Shown piece after piece: positions 1 through 14,746 of a stretch of 64,000 nt of DNA. Each line of letters opens with the position of its first letter. The first letter of the stretch is position 1. This DNA comes from Lophium mytilinum. Taxonomy: Eukaryota. The position numbers were made by a program, and so were the translations under genes. The stretch covers positions 1,755,464 through 1,819,463 of the forward strand of contig MU004192.1 of assembly GCA_010093605.1 (NCBI GenBank), read 5' to 3'. The notes below the pieces were generated by a model. It saw only the letters and a list, made by a program, of their open reading frames with translations, searched no databases and was not told the DNA's origin.

Positions 1-3000
1 TTGTTGCTCTCTCGGCGTGGGCGGTCTTTCATGGAGATGGGACGAGCGCCTGAGCCGTAGTAAGAACCGCCAAGACCGTTGCTGATGGAGTCATGGCGCC
101 CGCCCACGCTCAATCTACCGTCGCGGGATTCCTGGGTCGCTCCTCCGATATTCAGGGCTGAATCATGGTAGTCGTGAGCCGATGCACCCTGGAGGGCATA
201 GGTCAAGTTGCTGGCCGGGTTGCGTGGCGAGGTCGAATTGAAGCGTGGTGGCGTGGAGATGTCGATGGGCGAGGCTGCTGTGGCCATGTCGAATGCCGTG
301 TGCCGCGGGGGCGACTCCGGGAACAGAGGGAAGCTGCAGTCGCCCGCGTCCTCGAACAGAAGATCCGAGTCCTGGAGCTCGTTGGTCCTGTGGCCAGAGC
401 CGAGCTCGTGGGGCTTGCGGCGGGCGTGCCACGAGAAGTAGAGGTCCTTCTCTCCTCGCTTCCGGCCAAAGTGAGGGGAGCAGGCGGCCTCGATCGGGGT
501 GCTAATGGGAGTGGTGTCGGCGGTCGACTCGCGCCCTCGGTCGCTGGTGACGGGCGAGTAGTAGAGGGGTGGCGGCGTTGAAGTCTCTTGTGAATCCAGC
601 TTCACGGCTTGCACAGTTGAGCCGGCGGTGTCGGCGGCGGCAGGCAGAGCAGACGACTCGGCGGCGACAGCGGAGAGGGCGGCGCGCGAGGGCACTGTGA
701 TGCAGCGCGGGATGGTTCAAACGACGGGTGCGTCGTCGTGTCGGGGCTGCGCGTGGAGCAGAGTGCGAGAGAGTGTAGTGGTGGTGGAGTCTCGAGTGTC
801 GAGGGATAAATGCGGTGACGAACCAAAGGCCCGGCGGACTGGAAGACGATGCGGCCCGGGAGCTGCAGCGGTATGGACACGGTGATTCGCTGCGGAATAG
901 TCTTGGACGGCGACTGAGCTCGTTCGAGATGCGAGGGTGCACGGCTGCGTACCTAGAGGCGGGTCTGTGTCACGGCCGTGGGTCTCTGTAGTGGGCGGCG
1001 GCGAGGTTTCAAAGTTCTCAAGTGGATGATGTCGAATGTGCTGCTCTGCTGCCAACGGGCGGGCTGCGGGCTGCCTCACGTCTATGTATTGCAGCGGCTG
1101 CAGTAGCACCATGTATCTAAAGGGCGATTGGATGTCAGGCTCATACACACTCTGCCTGTCGCCCCGAGTCTTGTCCTAGCTCGAGCGTCGAGCTGTTGCC
1201 ACGCGAAATGGTCCCGCGACGGCCCATCGCGTGGCTTTCAGGGTGTTCGGTGTCTTTCTTTTCCATGACGACGCCCTTCCCTTGGCCCCTACCGCACCCA
1301 ACATCCGTATACTACACTATCTACACCAGCTCCAGCCCCTCCAACACCAAGCCGCGCCTCTTTGCCGCCCGCTTTGAGGAGTTCGTCTCATGAACCGTCT
1401 CTGCATCTCCAGACGCCTGACCAGGGCAATGCTGGCGAGCAAGCCGCGCTATCCCCTGCTTGGCGCTGGTATCGTCCAAGGTTGCTTTTAATCTCATACC
1501 ACCACCGCCCGCTGCGTATATCACCACCACACTCGTCCGCACCCAGTGTGCTTAGTAGTTCGGTAGGCAATAAGCATCCGGGCCACTCATCACAACTTGG
1601 GGTTGACATTGGAGAGCACTACTGCGGCCCAGCAATGGGGTACTACCGTGGTTCAATCGCATGCGTCAACGCCATGGTTCAAGGGTGGAGCCGACTTCGA
1701 CATTAGCTCCTATTCCCATGCAGACATTGAAGGTTGCGTTTGCACATGAAAGCACGCGAACACAGCTCTCAAAACAACCGCCAGAGCTTGCATAAAACAT
1801 GTCTCACGTTTCGGCATACCGCATTAGACGGCCGCCCCGCATATTAAACGTTTCCAGCCATGGCTTTCCAAGATTCCACGACGACAGTCGTATTTCAAGC
1901 TTGATTGATGTCAGTCTAATAAGCATTTTCCACCTGCACGCTTCTAGCCCTCGGTCTCGATCAATTGAGCAGCTACCAAGGTAGTCGCCGACCTCACCTG
2001 GCGGTGGAGTCTCTCTGACCGTGGAAGATGTCGGCGGGCTCGATTCCTCTTTCGGCACTCCAATCCCTTCTCGCATGGACGCTTCAATAGCTGGAGTATG
2101 GCTTTGGGGTATGACACCGGTCCCGCATCCTCCACCTCCCCAGCTTCGTCCTCCTCAACATTCCTCCACTCCTGCACCGGCTGCGCTAGCTGCTCTAACC
2201 TGTTGCGGCTCCGGCGTGCCACCTCAGCACGCACGTTAGCAACGGCTAATCCTTCGGCCAGGAGCCCCACCTTGCCGCGGCAGGCGTACACGCTGTTTGA
2301 TTGGATTGATTCGTGTTCCAACGGTGTCTGGACCCTGCATTTCTCAGCCCAATCCGCAGCTTCCAGAAGGACACTCGGACCAGCCGAGAGTCATGCTAGC
2401 CCCCATCGCCACACGGACTCCGTTCTGTCCCCGACTCAACCTCCCACCTAACCACAACTAATTCCCATCGTCAACCAAAACACACGCGCCAATTTCCCGC
2501 TGCACATCTGCTCTGCAACCACCAGGAGCTGCCTCTTCCAGCTTTTCCAGCCCTACGAACCACCACCAAGCACGGCCTCGGAACCATCACGGCCATGTCC
2601 ACAGCTACGCCACGGCCACGGGCTTGTCTCGGCGCGCCTCATCATCTCGCCGCACCATAGGAACCCTTACGCACTCAATCACCAACCGGCTGTGCGGCTC
2701 GATGCGTTGCTTGCACCTCGTCGGCCGAGGCGTACATCTTACATGTCTAGCCGCTTCATCGTCTCTGTCGTCTCGCAGCGGCCCAAGAGCTGTCGGTCCT
2801 GTGATAATCCAAAGACGCCGAAAACTAGAGGCGTACTATGTAGCGCGTAGTACCTGCGTATCACTCCACAAAACCCATGTCGGGGAAGTCGGGACTAGGC
2901 TGATTAGCATCTCGAAATACACCGCAGAAATACACCGCACCCCAGCGCGATGGATGCTGGCGGGATGCTTATACATTGAAAAGTGGAGTGTGGTCGTAGT

Positions 3001-6000
3001 GCGATGGGGCTCACAGGAGGCATATATCAACCTCCATTCAGATTCAGCCGGGCCGATACATCTACGAAGTATGAGTGATCTTTAATAGGCACACAGTACG
3101 AAAGGTGGGAGACCCACGTTGACCTCTCCTACACAGCAAGATAGGTTTTTCACTTCGTCTCCCTATGCATGCATAGAGGGAAAACAGCGCTGCAACTATT
3201 TGCGACTAACGCCGAGTCTCGGTGTAGTTTCCCGTCGCAAAGACATCAGCGACGTTCGTTTTCGGCTAATCTATCACGAAACACCAAGATCAGCGCTCTC
3301 AACCAATGGCGGCCGATCATCAACTATCGCGATCGGATCTGGTACCTATCATCGAACAACGAGAACCACTTAGCACCGCACTACGTGCCGATCCCGACGT
3401 TAGGCGCTAACTTCCCCAAATACCCATGAGCGGTCACTACCACACTACATAGCACATACTATTCACCCAATTACCTGATCACATTCGAGCCTGGACTTCA
3501 TCTCCATGCACTCTTTCCATTCTTAGCCATGACAGGTGGTAGCGACGAGCTGCTAGACATGTCGCCACCGTCACGAGGATACCAAGTCGCTTACTCTCCA
3601 CGACTTAGCATGACTTAGCAAAACTACCGTTCGAGAACCCCGAGCGAGGATCGACCACCAGCGCGAAGTAGTGTTCGGATAGTGAATTTTGAAAATCGAA
3701 CTACTATCCTTGCTGCAGTTTAGTTGACTTTTGGATTTGCTTATCAACTCAATGGTGGGCGATTTTCGGATGCAGATGTAAGACGTTACCTGCCACCTAC
3801 ATACATCTACGGAAATTTCACCGGCATCTCCACTCCATCCTCTCTCTCCGCTGTTCCAACTTCGACCCCGGATGACCCCGGATATCAGCTCCCTTGATTC
3901 CGGGTGTCGTAAAACCTAGAGGTAAGATGAAGTGCCACCTACGTATCTCACGCAAAATCACTCCGAAGATACTCCCATTGAGCACCGTCTTGATTGGATC
4001 ACGATCTCGTGAATATTGTAGCCGAACCACCGTAGTGTCGGAATGTTAGATGTAGGCACTTTGAAGTAGGACCGCCCATGCCGGCGTATCGTCTCGAGAA
4101 AATCAACTTTTCAGAGATGCCTATCAACTAATTTTCTTCTTGAATCTCGATCCTGTCATCAAGATTCTCCAGCACTCGAATATACTACAGTGCAAAACTA
4201 AGGTACCAAGTAGGTACCTGGTACGCAAGAACTACTATCCTTCTTTCTCAAGTTCTTTCAACCTCTATCTAGGTCTTGGGAGTCGCCACCATTTGTATCG
4301 ACCTATCGATTTCCTGTTTTAGTAAGCTCCAGAAGGTCAGGTACTACCTACGTACCGTACCCTAGGTAGAACCCTGGATCTATCTAGGATTTCTGTCCGA
4401 GATACCTCCAGTATTCATTATCTCGGATCTCGACCACCGACCCTCCGCATTCTCGGGCGTATTTACACCAGACCTGAAGTGCCACCTACGTACATGGCCC
4501 TGCGTGCTTTCCATTTATACGCTTCGTACTTTCTGATCCATTTGCCCGAACACGAGAATCTCGATCGTGTATCTCGACCAATCTCCGGGGCGTACGACTT
4601 CAAGATATGAAGAACCTCCATCATCTCACATACTAGACGAACTCATCCCCACCTTTACTCCGTGAACACTCCAACCGAAACCTTATCACGAGCCGCAACC
4701 TTGTCAATCAAACCCTAAACCCCGACTCCCGACTCCCGACTGACCTACGCCAACCCGCCCGAGCCCGCCGAGCCTACTAAACCTAGCGTGATGTGCCGAG
4801 CCACCGACGGCACCTAGGCACATTAGTTCTACGACTAAACTGCCGAAACCAGCATCATGCCGAAGGCGGCAAATGCCCCATTCCACGCATCGGCTACCGG
4901 TCTGCTCTCTGATCCCGTTCACCTCGAAGGCATGCGTAACGGCAGTAAGGTACGTCGCAAATCGTCATTTTCAGATATTCACCGTCTCTATCGTAACCAG
5001 CGGCGACGCCAGCCCAGGATTGCTAAGGCCAGGCGGCTCTAGGCTATGCATACAGTAGAGCTCAGAATTTCAACTGATTCGTTCACATGGGAGGTAGCAC
5101 CGCTTTCATTTATGAAACTCTAGTTTCACTTTCCACGAAATCGCGTCCGCGTTCGCACTACAACTAATCGCGCTACACTAACGCGCTTCGACCACAACTC
5201 TTCACCTCAACAGAACCCAGATAGAGAAGGTAGGAACAGCGCGTACGCACGCGGCCCAGCATTTTGCCCATCTCTCATCTCCCGTCTCCCGCTGCAATAC
5301 GCGACGCCGCGAGCCCAGGATTACTCAACCCCAGCAAGCTCTAGACGGGATCCCACAGGTATACCAAGTAGTCGGGATCTCATTCGAGTAATTTTACGGC
5401 ACCGGCGTCCATCTTAACAAACGCGGGCTGCAGTTCCCTTAGACACCATCCACAAGCCACCGCGACCATCTTTCCTTTTATATTAGTTGCAGGCACATAC
5501 ATCCTTAAGTTTTAGAGACTAATCCCCCGCTTCTCTTCCCGGCTTGCCTCCTCTTTCATCGCAACCTAGCCTGGGTGCCTTGGTACTATTCGACATGGCA
5601 TCGATTTCCGAAAAAATGTCCTTCGACCTCTCTTTCATCACTGAAAGGCTACTAAATAATTAAGGGGTTTTAATATCGTCTCAGAGTATTTACCACTGTG
5701 CCAAAAACTAAACATCAGCTTCTTAGTCTATGGAGGGTGGTGTTAGCATGCATTTCAGTCACGTCAAAAACGATCGTCTAATACACAACTCCGAGCTTTT
5801 GACATGGTGTATTTCTTTCCCTTCTAAAGTCGTGGGGCGCTAGAAGGCTGCTATTACTAGCTCATATGAGGCGTAATGTACTTGTCACCACAGGGAACGT
5901 CGTCGAGATGAAGAACATGGCGGGCTGTCTAGCTAGCGCCCGTCCATATCGCATCTGTACTGCTCGTATCTCGGCGACACTTCTCGGTGATTCATATCGG

Positions 6001-7100
6001 CGGTACATCTCGGCGACACATCTCTATCTCTTGTTACAACATCAAGCGCACCCATTGCAGCAGCAAGTACGTCGCGCATCGTCATTCCCAAGGACGAATC
6101 ATTCTTCGTCGTAACCAGTTCCGCCGCGGAGGCTAGAACACTGTACCCAATCGGCGGCTGCATACAGGCTTAGCTTAGCATCTCCATCAATTCGTTCCCA
6201 TAGTATGGCTTTCGCTATTACTAGACCTCTATCTCCATACCATTTTATTCGCAATTACTTTCTCCACAATTGTACTAATCGCACTCTGGTTCCACCTCTC
6301 CACCTCTCGGTTCGCAACCTCAAGCGCACGCGTTCCGACCACGCGTATGTCGCCGTTTTCATTTCCCAGAAAACATCCCATTCGCCGTGCTGACGAGCTC
6401 CGCCGCCGCCATGCTCCGGACAACCGTAGCATACCTCCGCCGCAACGCCCCGGCCCACCGAACCAAGCGGCTCCATCTCGGCTCCACTACTCCACCTCCC
6501 GCTCGCAGCCTCCCAGTGGTACAGCGCTCAGCAGTCCGCGGAACTCATCATAGCTTCATAGGTCTGTATGTATCAAAAACCAATGCGCCAAGCCAAAATT
6601 TTCAAGACCCTGCAGACATTCCCATCTCCAATCCCACCTCTTCCGGATACCCGAACACTGTTCAAACATTCACGAAGTCTCCTGCATATCCGCCGTTTCC
6701 CCATCCCCATCCGGCCACATCACGATAGGGGACCCGGCCTTCCCTCCGCCGCCCCTAAAAAAACCGTCGAGCACAGCAGCATGGGCATTGCCTTTCCCCA
6801 TGTTTGCAAAAGCCCATCCCCCTCTCTAAACAGCATACACAATCACATCACACAAAACTCCGCACATTTCCCAAGTTTCAGGGGTTCAAGAGTTTCCATG
6901 ATCCGCATTGAGCGAAAAGCCGCTTCTAGATGCTGCCCCGCCAAGATCGTATCCACCCACTGTGCCACGACCTAGTCACCTCATTAAGCACCCAACCCTA
7001 ACCTAACCCTAATCCCCCATCCCGCCCCAAAGCATTACCCGCCCATCGCGATCGCCATCACGCCCGCGCATCGGGGATATCGGAAAGGCTGGAATCGGAC
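1..7100. other. Gene-poor, degenerate region with no recognisable protein family
   Basis: Only short, mutually overlapping low-complexity ORFs and scattered short degenerate repeats; no motif I can assign. Confidence 0.4.
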
Positions 7101-7280
7101 GATCGGATATTAGCCGAGCGCCCCAAGTCACGTGATTGGGAGATTGTCGGGCCTACGGTGGCGGAGGCCTGCTCCCCTATCTGCTTTTTGTGTTGTCGAG
7201 CCTTGTCGTCATTTCTTCTTTTTCGCCGGTTTCTTAGGTTGTTGGTGCTTGGGGACTTGGGGATTTGGGGAATGGGGAGC

Positions 7281-10026
7281 TTAGCCTTCGGCTTCGAGGT
7301 CGTAGCTGTTGGATTTGTGCTTGGGCTCGAAGCGGAAGTTTGGGTGGGTGGGGCCGAGGAACATCTCGCTGTGCCATAGTGTTAGCGACTGGGTCTTCTT
7401 TTCGAAAATGAGAAATGGGAGGTCGCTTGAAGGGCATCTGTTGCTGCTCAGAGCATCGAGAGGCCCCAACGAATGAGAGAAATAGAGAGATCGGCTTACC
7501 TGATCTTGATCCAGTCCTTGTAGTTGTCGGAACTCATCAAGCTCTCCAGCTCATTCCGTCCCTTGAACGGCTGCGCGCGATCCTGGATGTTCGGCGGCAG
7601 GTGTTCCAGCATCGCCACGGGGACATAGCGACACGCGAAGCTCAGCCATTCGAGCAGGAACTTGCGTGTCGTGCCCACCCCGATCTCGTCAGAGCCCCAG
7701 TTCTGCAGCCCGTACTTGACGAACTTCTCGACGTACGCGAGACGCTCCGTTGCGGTTTTGTCGAGGTACTGGCCTGTCTCGATTTCCTCGAAGATCCACG
7801 GCTTGATGAGGGCACCGCGCGCGACCATGACCGAGTCGACGCCCGCGTCTTGGAGATGCGTCTGGTAGTCGATGTGGGAGTAGCAGTCGCCGTTGCCAAC
7901 GAAGTAGACCTTGCCGTTGTTGGGCTGGTGGCGGGCGTCAGCTTCTCCGGCCGTGTCAGTCTGGTCCCAGCGCTCTTTCTTGAGATTGTTGATCAGGGCG
8001 GAGCATTCGGCGATGTAGCTCCAGTCAGCGCTGCGGGTGTAGCGTTGCTGCTTGCTGCGGCCGTGGAGGGTGATGGCTGCCACGCCTGAGGTTCCTAGAC
8101 CGGCGGCTTGGGTTTCGTAGCCCCCGAGCACGAGGCGCTTGATGAGTTTGTCGGCCGTCGGAGCTCGATCTTTGGTTCCCATGCGGATCTTGACAGTGAT
8201 GGGCACTTCTTGGGAGATGGCGTTCATGCCTCGGAGGATGTTCTCAAGCTTGCCGGCACTGTCTAGAAGGGCTGATCCAGCACCATCGCGGCAAACGAGC
8301 TCGATGGGGCATCCACAGTTCAAGTCGATAGCGCGCAGACTGGGGCAGTGCGAGGTCAGGATCTCTGTGGTCTTGACAGCGAGCCAGGGCTTGTTAGCAG
8401 CGATTTGAGCGCCAAACTTGATATCCTTAGAATTGTCGTAACCTTCGACGATGCCGTTGGCTGGAGAGTACTTGGGTGGTCGGATCTCTGACTCGTGCGC
8501 CTTCATCAGAGCCCATTCGCTTCGCTCTCCTTGGATCAGTGGCATGCCCATAGCCATCTCAGACCATGTGACCTGAGCACCGAGTTCAACGCAGAGGCGT
8601 CGAAACGGCAGGTTACCCTGGGTCGTGAGAGGTGCGAGGATGGGTGTCTCTGGTCCATAGTAGATGCGGCGCTTCTCGGATGGCAGAAATGGCGGCTCGA
8701 TGTACTGGGCTCGGTTTTCTTCAATGGCCTGTTTCTTGGTAGAAGCCTCCTCAGAAGCTACTTTCTCGTTTGAAGAGGCCTCATCGTCTTCTTGTTTGGC
8801 GGAGGCTTGTTCAGTATCCTTCTCGGTGGAAGTATCCTCCAGAACCTCTATCGCGGATGAAGTATCCTCTCCCACGTCTTTTTCAGCAGACACGCCCTCC
8901 ATAGCTTCAGAGGAGCCCTCTGCATCTTTCGCGTTAAAGGAGTCGCCGTTTTTAGAGGCCTCTTGCTTAGCAGAGACGTTGTCTGCCATAGCTTTTGTGA
9001 GGCCAATGTCCTCTTTGATTCCTTGCCTCTCATTATTCTTGCGGCCTTGATCCATAATTTTCATGGTCCAATCTAAGTAGGCGTCTGAGTTCGGAGTCTT
9101 CGTGATGCGTTTCGAGAGCTTGATCTTGGCATCCCTGGAAACAACGTTTACTACTCCTACCTCGTCCTCAGCTCCGGGCAGCTTATTTGCCTTCGCCATG
9201 CGCTCGGGATCTTCGGTAAGGATGAGTTCCTTCCTACCGTCATCTGTCTCATGCTCCTTGGAATGAGACCCGACGAAACGGCACTTCCATCCTACGGGAC
9301 AGGTTCCTGTAGAGTCCCAAGTAGGGCATAGCCCATCGAGCACAGTAAGGTCTTCACGTTTGCCGTCCTTCAGATACTTCCGGAGATCATGCTCGAGCTT
9401 GCATTTGTCTCCAAACTGACATTCGTCTGGGGAGAACTCTGGCTTGGTGACACGTGAGTTGCAAAGTGGAAATTTGTCGCGAGAACTGCCGAAGTTACGA
9501 TTGCTGTTCTGGCCCTTTTGCTTGTTCTTTTTGTCCCTGCCATTCTGACGATTGTCGGATCTGTTGGATCGATTGTTAGATCGATTGTCAGACCTATTGT
9601 CAGCGTGATAGCGGTTGCCAGAGGCCTCAGCAGCGTCATCGCGCTCGACACCACTCGAGCGTTCGCCTGCTGCACCGCCTGCTGGCGGGAGGAGGAATCT
9701 TAACTCGTGTTAGTGAAGTGATCAGTAGTTGGCTTAGGGGCAGCTCACTGGGGTTTGATATGAGCTACACCCTTTCGCCGCTCTGGAGTAGGCCATTCAG
9801 TGAGCATGTCCATGGGTCCGTAGGGTACGAACCCCAGTTTCTGTCTCTTAGATGGCGATTGCTCGAATTCGGCGGTAGTCTCAGGAACGGAGTCACGTTC
9901 TGCCTTCTCCATCTTGGTGACGGTCGAATCTCCGGGTAGGATAGACTGGACTGCCTGCTCGGTCGGGGCAGTTTCGGACGTCTTGCCCTTAGGCACAGTC
10001 TCCATTGACTGCACTTCGGGGTCCAT
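7281..10026 (-). CDS. DUS3: tRNA-dihydrouridine(47) synthase Dus3 (spliced; introns 9748-9699 and 7499-7369)
   Basis: Cys/His zinc-finger region ([18 protein letters not shown]), [16 protein letters not shown], catalytic [39 protein letters not shown], and C-terminal exon [17 protein letters not shown]; canonical splice sites. Confidence 0.95.
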
Positions 10027-10380
10027 GTTGACGAGGTGCAGTGTTGATGACCTTGGAGTGTGGTAACGAATTGAAACGAGTCAAAATACCTCCGTAAAAG
10101 TCACGCGCTAGACTAAAACGGCCTAGGGCGGTAAAGTAAATACGTCACCTTGGAGGCGGCGCCAACTCCTGCCTGAAGACAAGTTTCCTCGACAGCAACC
10201 ACCACAACCCTTCTTCATTCCACTTCCCACAAACTCCATCTCCTCTCCAGAGTCTTCGCATTGTCCTCAGAGTGCCCCACCACTCTCTCAACTTCTCTAC
10301 GAAACTCACCCATCTGTGTCAACAAACAGAGCCTAACCCCACCGCAACTCCAACCCGCGACCTGAGCCTATCCAGCAAAC

Positions 10381-11257
10381 ATGACGCTCTACTACAGTCT
10401 TGTAAGCACTCAACTACAACTCAATGCCTCTGAGGTTGATGGTCCTCACCACGCTGCGCTCCTCCAATGTTGCAATCAGCTTGCGGAGTCTCTCCCGCGA
10501 GCCTGATCTGTCAACATGCCCCACACGACCACAACACTATTCAAAATTCAAACAATGGAGATGCTAATTCGTGCTCCTTCTAGGTCTTCCTCCTCCTGGT
10601 GGCCGAGATGGTCATCTTCATGGCACTCATCGTCCCTCTCCCGTTCACGTGGCGCCGCAAGCTCTTCACCTTCATCTCGGAGAGCCCTATTATAGCCAAG
10701 CTACAATATGGGATGAAGATCACGTTCATCTTCATTCTCATCCTGTTCATTGATAGCGTCAACCGCGTCTATCGAGTCCAGATTGAGCTTGCGGCTGCAC
10801 AAAAAAGCCAGAACACTGGCGGGTACGTACACTTGACCACACCACATTCATTGAAAAATAGGCTAATTTGCTGAGTCGGTACAGAGCTGCTGTTCTCGGT
10901 GGATCCGAGCGTATGGAAGTCCAAGCGCGCAAGTTCTACTCTCAGCGCAACATGTACCTTTGCGGCTTCACCCTCTTCCTATCCCTCATTCTCAACCGCA
11001 CCTACGTCATGATCCTTGATGTGCTCCGTCTCGAAGAGGAGGTCAAGACCATGAAGGGTGACCCAGCTACCAAGGGCGGCAAGAGCCTCAAGGACGCCGG
11101 AAATGTGGGCGAGGTCGCTAAGCTCAAGGAGCAACTTGCCGCGAAGGACCGAGATTTGGCGAACTTGAAGAAGCAGGTCGAGGGCGTGTCGGCGGAGTAC
11201 AACCGCATGGGCGACCAAGTGTCTGGAAGCGACCCCATCCCCAAGAAGGACCGGTAG
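10381..11257 (+). CDS. BAP31: B-cell receptor-associated protein 31 (Bap31/Yet) family ER membrane protein, spliced
   Basis: Micro-exon MTLYYSL then GTAAG intron; VFLLLVAEM..PLP transmembrane segments; KFYSQRNMYLCGFTLFLSLIL signature; C-terminal coiled coil ending in KKDR (di-lysine ER retrieval). Confidence 0.9.
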
Positions 11258-11811
11258 ATGCTTACCGCAAGGAGAGGGTGTGATATCCGCGGCAATTTTC
11301 GAGCGCTCGAATGATTGTGGTCACACCGCCGCCCACACCACCCCTCAACGTAAACGCTACTGGAACATTATACCGGTGGACGAGGGCACGTATACATTAG
11401 TATTGATATGACAGAGCATGGTTATGCCAGTCTGCGAAGCGTTCCCTTGGTCTTTAAAATTGGGCGTTGTATGCAACTGGGCTGTCTAAAGTAGCTGGTT
11501 TCGAGTCTGAATAATAGAGAGCATGTGACAATCCCTGAACTATCACGGACAGTGTCGCATCGCGAAAATGCGTACATACCTCAATGAACTGCCTCCAAAC
11601 ATGCTCCTACAATTTGCTGATGTTGGACGACGCGTCGATTAATCATTGGACGATCCGTGAGAATGAATACATTTGCATTTCTCTGACTCGAGGAGCTTCA
11701 GCTCACTCTGCCTCATTCCCCTCCAAGGGCGTCAACAATCCCACCTGTGATCTGCGGATGTCAAGTTAGCTTGCGAAGCTCTTAGCAGCTCATTAGTACT
11801 TGTCACCAGCC

Positions 11812-13766
11812 ATGTCCGACTCTTCGGTGCCAGGATTCATCAACTATCCAACTCCCAGATCGCTTGAGGTTCCATACAAAGCTCCCCCGCCTTCCACCAA
11901 CCCCGTCATCAGAGGCCTCCCACTATACTACGCCGCTTCATTGTACGCTCCCCATCTTCACTCTATCCAATTGAGCTAACTGTACCAGAGTCGCCGCATT
12001 ACCATCCCTCCAGACCTACCTCTGGAACAATGCAGGCTTCTCCGTCCTCCGCGGGCTCAAAGAGCTCGAAGACGTCGAAAACCGCTACGATCCCACCGTA
12101 ATCCCGCTCAAGCAGTCCTCCGATGAAGTTCCTCATACCTACACAAACCCTGAAAGCCTCCGAAGTTCACCCCAAGACGTACCATTCCGCTTCTACTCCG
12201 TCGCCGACTTCCATAATGCGTACAAGTCGGGCAAGCTCACGCCCACCGACGTCGTGGAATCGCTGCTTCCGCTGATACGGAGGGATGTGCAGGCGCCTAC
12301 GAAGCACTCGACTGCGTTTCTCGAAACAAGGGTTGATCTTGTGACGAAAGCGGCTGAGGCGGCGACGAAGAGGTGGAAGGAAGGGAGGCCGTTGGGAGTG
12401 CTGGATGGAGTACCGGTAGCTATAAAGGATGAGATGGATTTGACGGGCTACAAGAGGTGTAATGGCACGCTGAGGGATTATACGAGTAAGAGGGCTGCGA
12501 CGAGTTGGTGCGTGGTGAAGTTGGAGGAGGAGGGGGCGGTAGTATTGGGGAAGTTGAATATGCATGAGTTAGGGATGGGTAGGTTCTGATATCTTTTTCT
12601 CCGGTCGATATTGCGCCCAAATCTTCGGGTCTAAGAGATTACACTATGGGGTCCGATTTGGGTGTTATTGTTCACGAAATTAACTGTTTCTAGACACCAC
12701 CAACAACAACCCAAATCATGGCACGCCGTTGAATCCGTACAATGAGAACTACTACACCGGAGGCTCATCAGGAGGAGCCGCATACGCCGTCGGTGCTGGA
12801 CTCATACCGTTCGCAATTGGAACAGACGGTGGAGGCTCCGTACGGATACCCTCAAGCTTCTGCGGTGTATACGGACTCAAGCCCTCACACGGGCGAGTTT
12901 CCTCCTGCCCTTCACCCTCAATTGCAAACACGACAGTCGTCTTGGGTCCTTTGGCTAGTAACATGGCAGATCTCGAAGTCTCATATCAAGTCATAGCAAA
13001 ACCTGATCCTGCCAATCCCTCCTCTTCTGCGTTCTCACCACCAAAAGCGCAGTCCAAGGAGCGCAAGAAGGTGCTAGGCATCTACAAAACTTGGTTCGAC
13101 CGCGCAGAACCTCCAGTGCGCGCCGCCTGCCAAAAAGCACTCGACTACTTCACAAGCAAGCTCGGCTACGAAGTCGTAGATATCACCCTCCCCTTCATCC
13201 ACGAAGGTCAGATCGCCCATGCTATGACTATCCTTGCAGAATGTGCCGTTACTGTACCTGATGTTACGGGCCTTACAGCAGCGAATAAGGTCGTCATCAC
13301 AATCGGTTCAAGGACACCAGCACCGGACTTCCTGCTCGCGCAGAAGTTGCGGACGGTCATTATGGAGCATCTCGCCCACCTCTTCCAAAAGCACCCTGGC
13401 CTCATCATCGTTACACCCACGAGCCCAATGCCGGGCTGGCATATCTCCGGGGGCAAAGCGGACCTGAAGTACGGTTGCAGCGACGGAAATATGACCGTTA
13501 GGAACATGGAGTATGTATGGCTTGCTAATTTTACGGGGATTCCGTGCATTCAATTTCCCGTTGGGTACGTGGATCCCGTAGAAGGCACGGGCAAGATTCC
13601 CATCGGGCTCTCTGGGAATGGAGAGTGGGGCAGTGAAGATGCATTGATAGAGTTCGGGTATGACGGAGAGGCATGGTTGAATTCTGGGCTCGAGGGCGGG
13701 AGGAGGAAGCCGGAGACTTGGGTGGATGTGATGAACTTGAAGAAGGAGGAGACGTGGTGTAAGTGA
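11812..13766 (+). CDS. Amidase-signature family enzyme (FAAH/GatA-like), spliced
   Basis: [26 protein letters not shown] across intron 12579-12693, [20 protein letters not shown] (Ser-cisSer-Lys triad motifs). Confidence 0.9.
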
Positions 13767-14746
13767 GGGCTGTGTGCATATTGGACTACCTCTTGACTGA
13801 CTGGGTGCTCAGCAGGCAGGGCACCCCCGACAGTGGTGTCTAGTGGGCAAGTTGGAGCCGAGCTCTAATGAATCTGCGCGCCCAGACTTATGGATCATAT
13901 TTTAACGCTCATTCTACCAAAAGTCACCCAACGCCACCTCCGCTGCGCACGCATTCCTCCTTGGCCTGTTTTGGCAAATCACGCGGAGTCACTTAGCCAT
14001 CACAAGGCAATGTGTACTGATTATGGTCTATGTAGAAACTCCTCGTGTAGCAGAGTGCATCATTTTCCATGCATCGCGGTACTCTGCTGGAAGTATAGGA
14101 TCAAATCGTGGCTAGGGCTACATACAAATGACTGTAAAAGCACACTCTTGGTATGTGTAGAGACTCCCCGTGTTGCAGAACGTAACACAGTCCATGCCTC
14201 GCGGTATCCTGCTGGAGGGATAGGATCAACAAGTGGCTGTGACTACGTCCGAATGACCGGGAGGAACTCGGGCTTCATAGTAAACCTGAAGCAATGAGTA
14301 TAAGCTCCGAGTCCTTATTATTACCATTATGACTCCACGGCTTCTTGGGTCTCGCTATATAAACACTAGAAGTAAGGAGGGTTTCTGTTTCTTTACCATA
14401 CAACATTCTCAACAGAGTCTACGAGAGAACAAGCATCCAACTTATCAACACCAATTACTTCGACACCTATCCCTTCAATACCTATTCCTTCGATATCTCT
14501 TCCTTTGATCTCTATCCCTTCGAGGCTTCGATATCTATCCCTGAGACACCTGTTCCTTCGATACCCCTTCCCATTTCGCTACCAGGTACTCGCTGTTGGC
14601 TACTCGCTACTTGGTACCCACCACTCGCCTAGCAATACATCAGGATAAACTTCCCGACTTCAACTCCACTGTAAGATGCCCACGTTCTTTCTAGTGATAA
14701 TGCCAAAGTAACCCTCGAAGACCAAGACCTCTGCTCAACCTCCAAG

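Noticed and set aside
208..2321. Weak peptide resemblance between ORF 208-441(+) and ORF 1944-2321(-) (LRGEVEL/CRGKVGL, RRACHEK/KRPCEK)
   Set aside because: Too weak to distinguish from chance by eye; little DNA identity and no recognisable family.
3928..6020. Small direct repeats (TGAAGTGCCACCTACGTA x2; ATCTCGGCGACAC x2)
   Set aside because: Too short and isolated to define an LTR, TIR or other element.
7415..8089. 224-aa plus-strand ORF
   Set aside because: Antisense to conserved DUS3.
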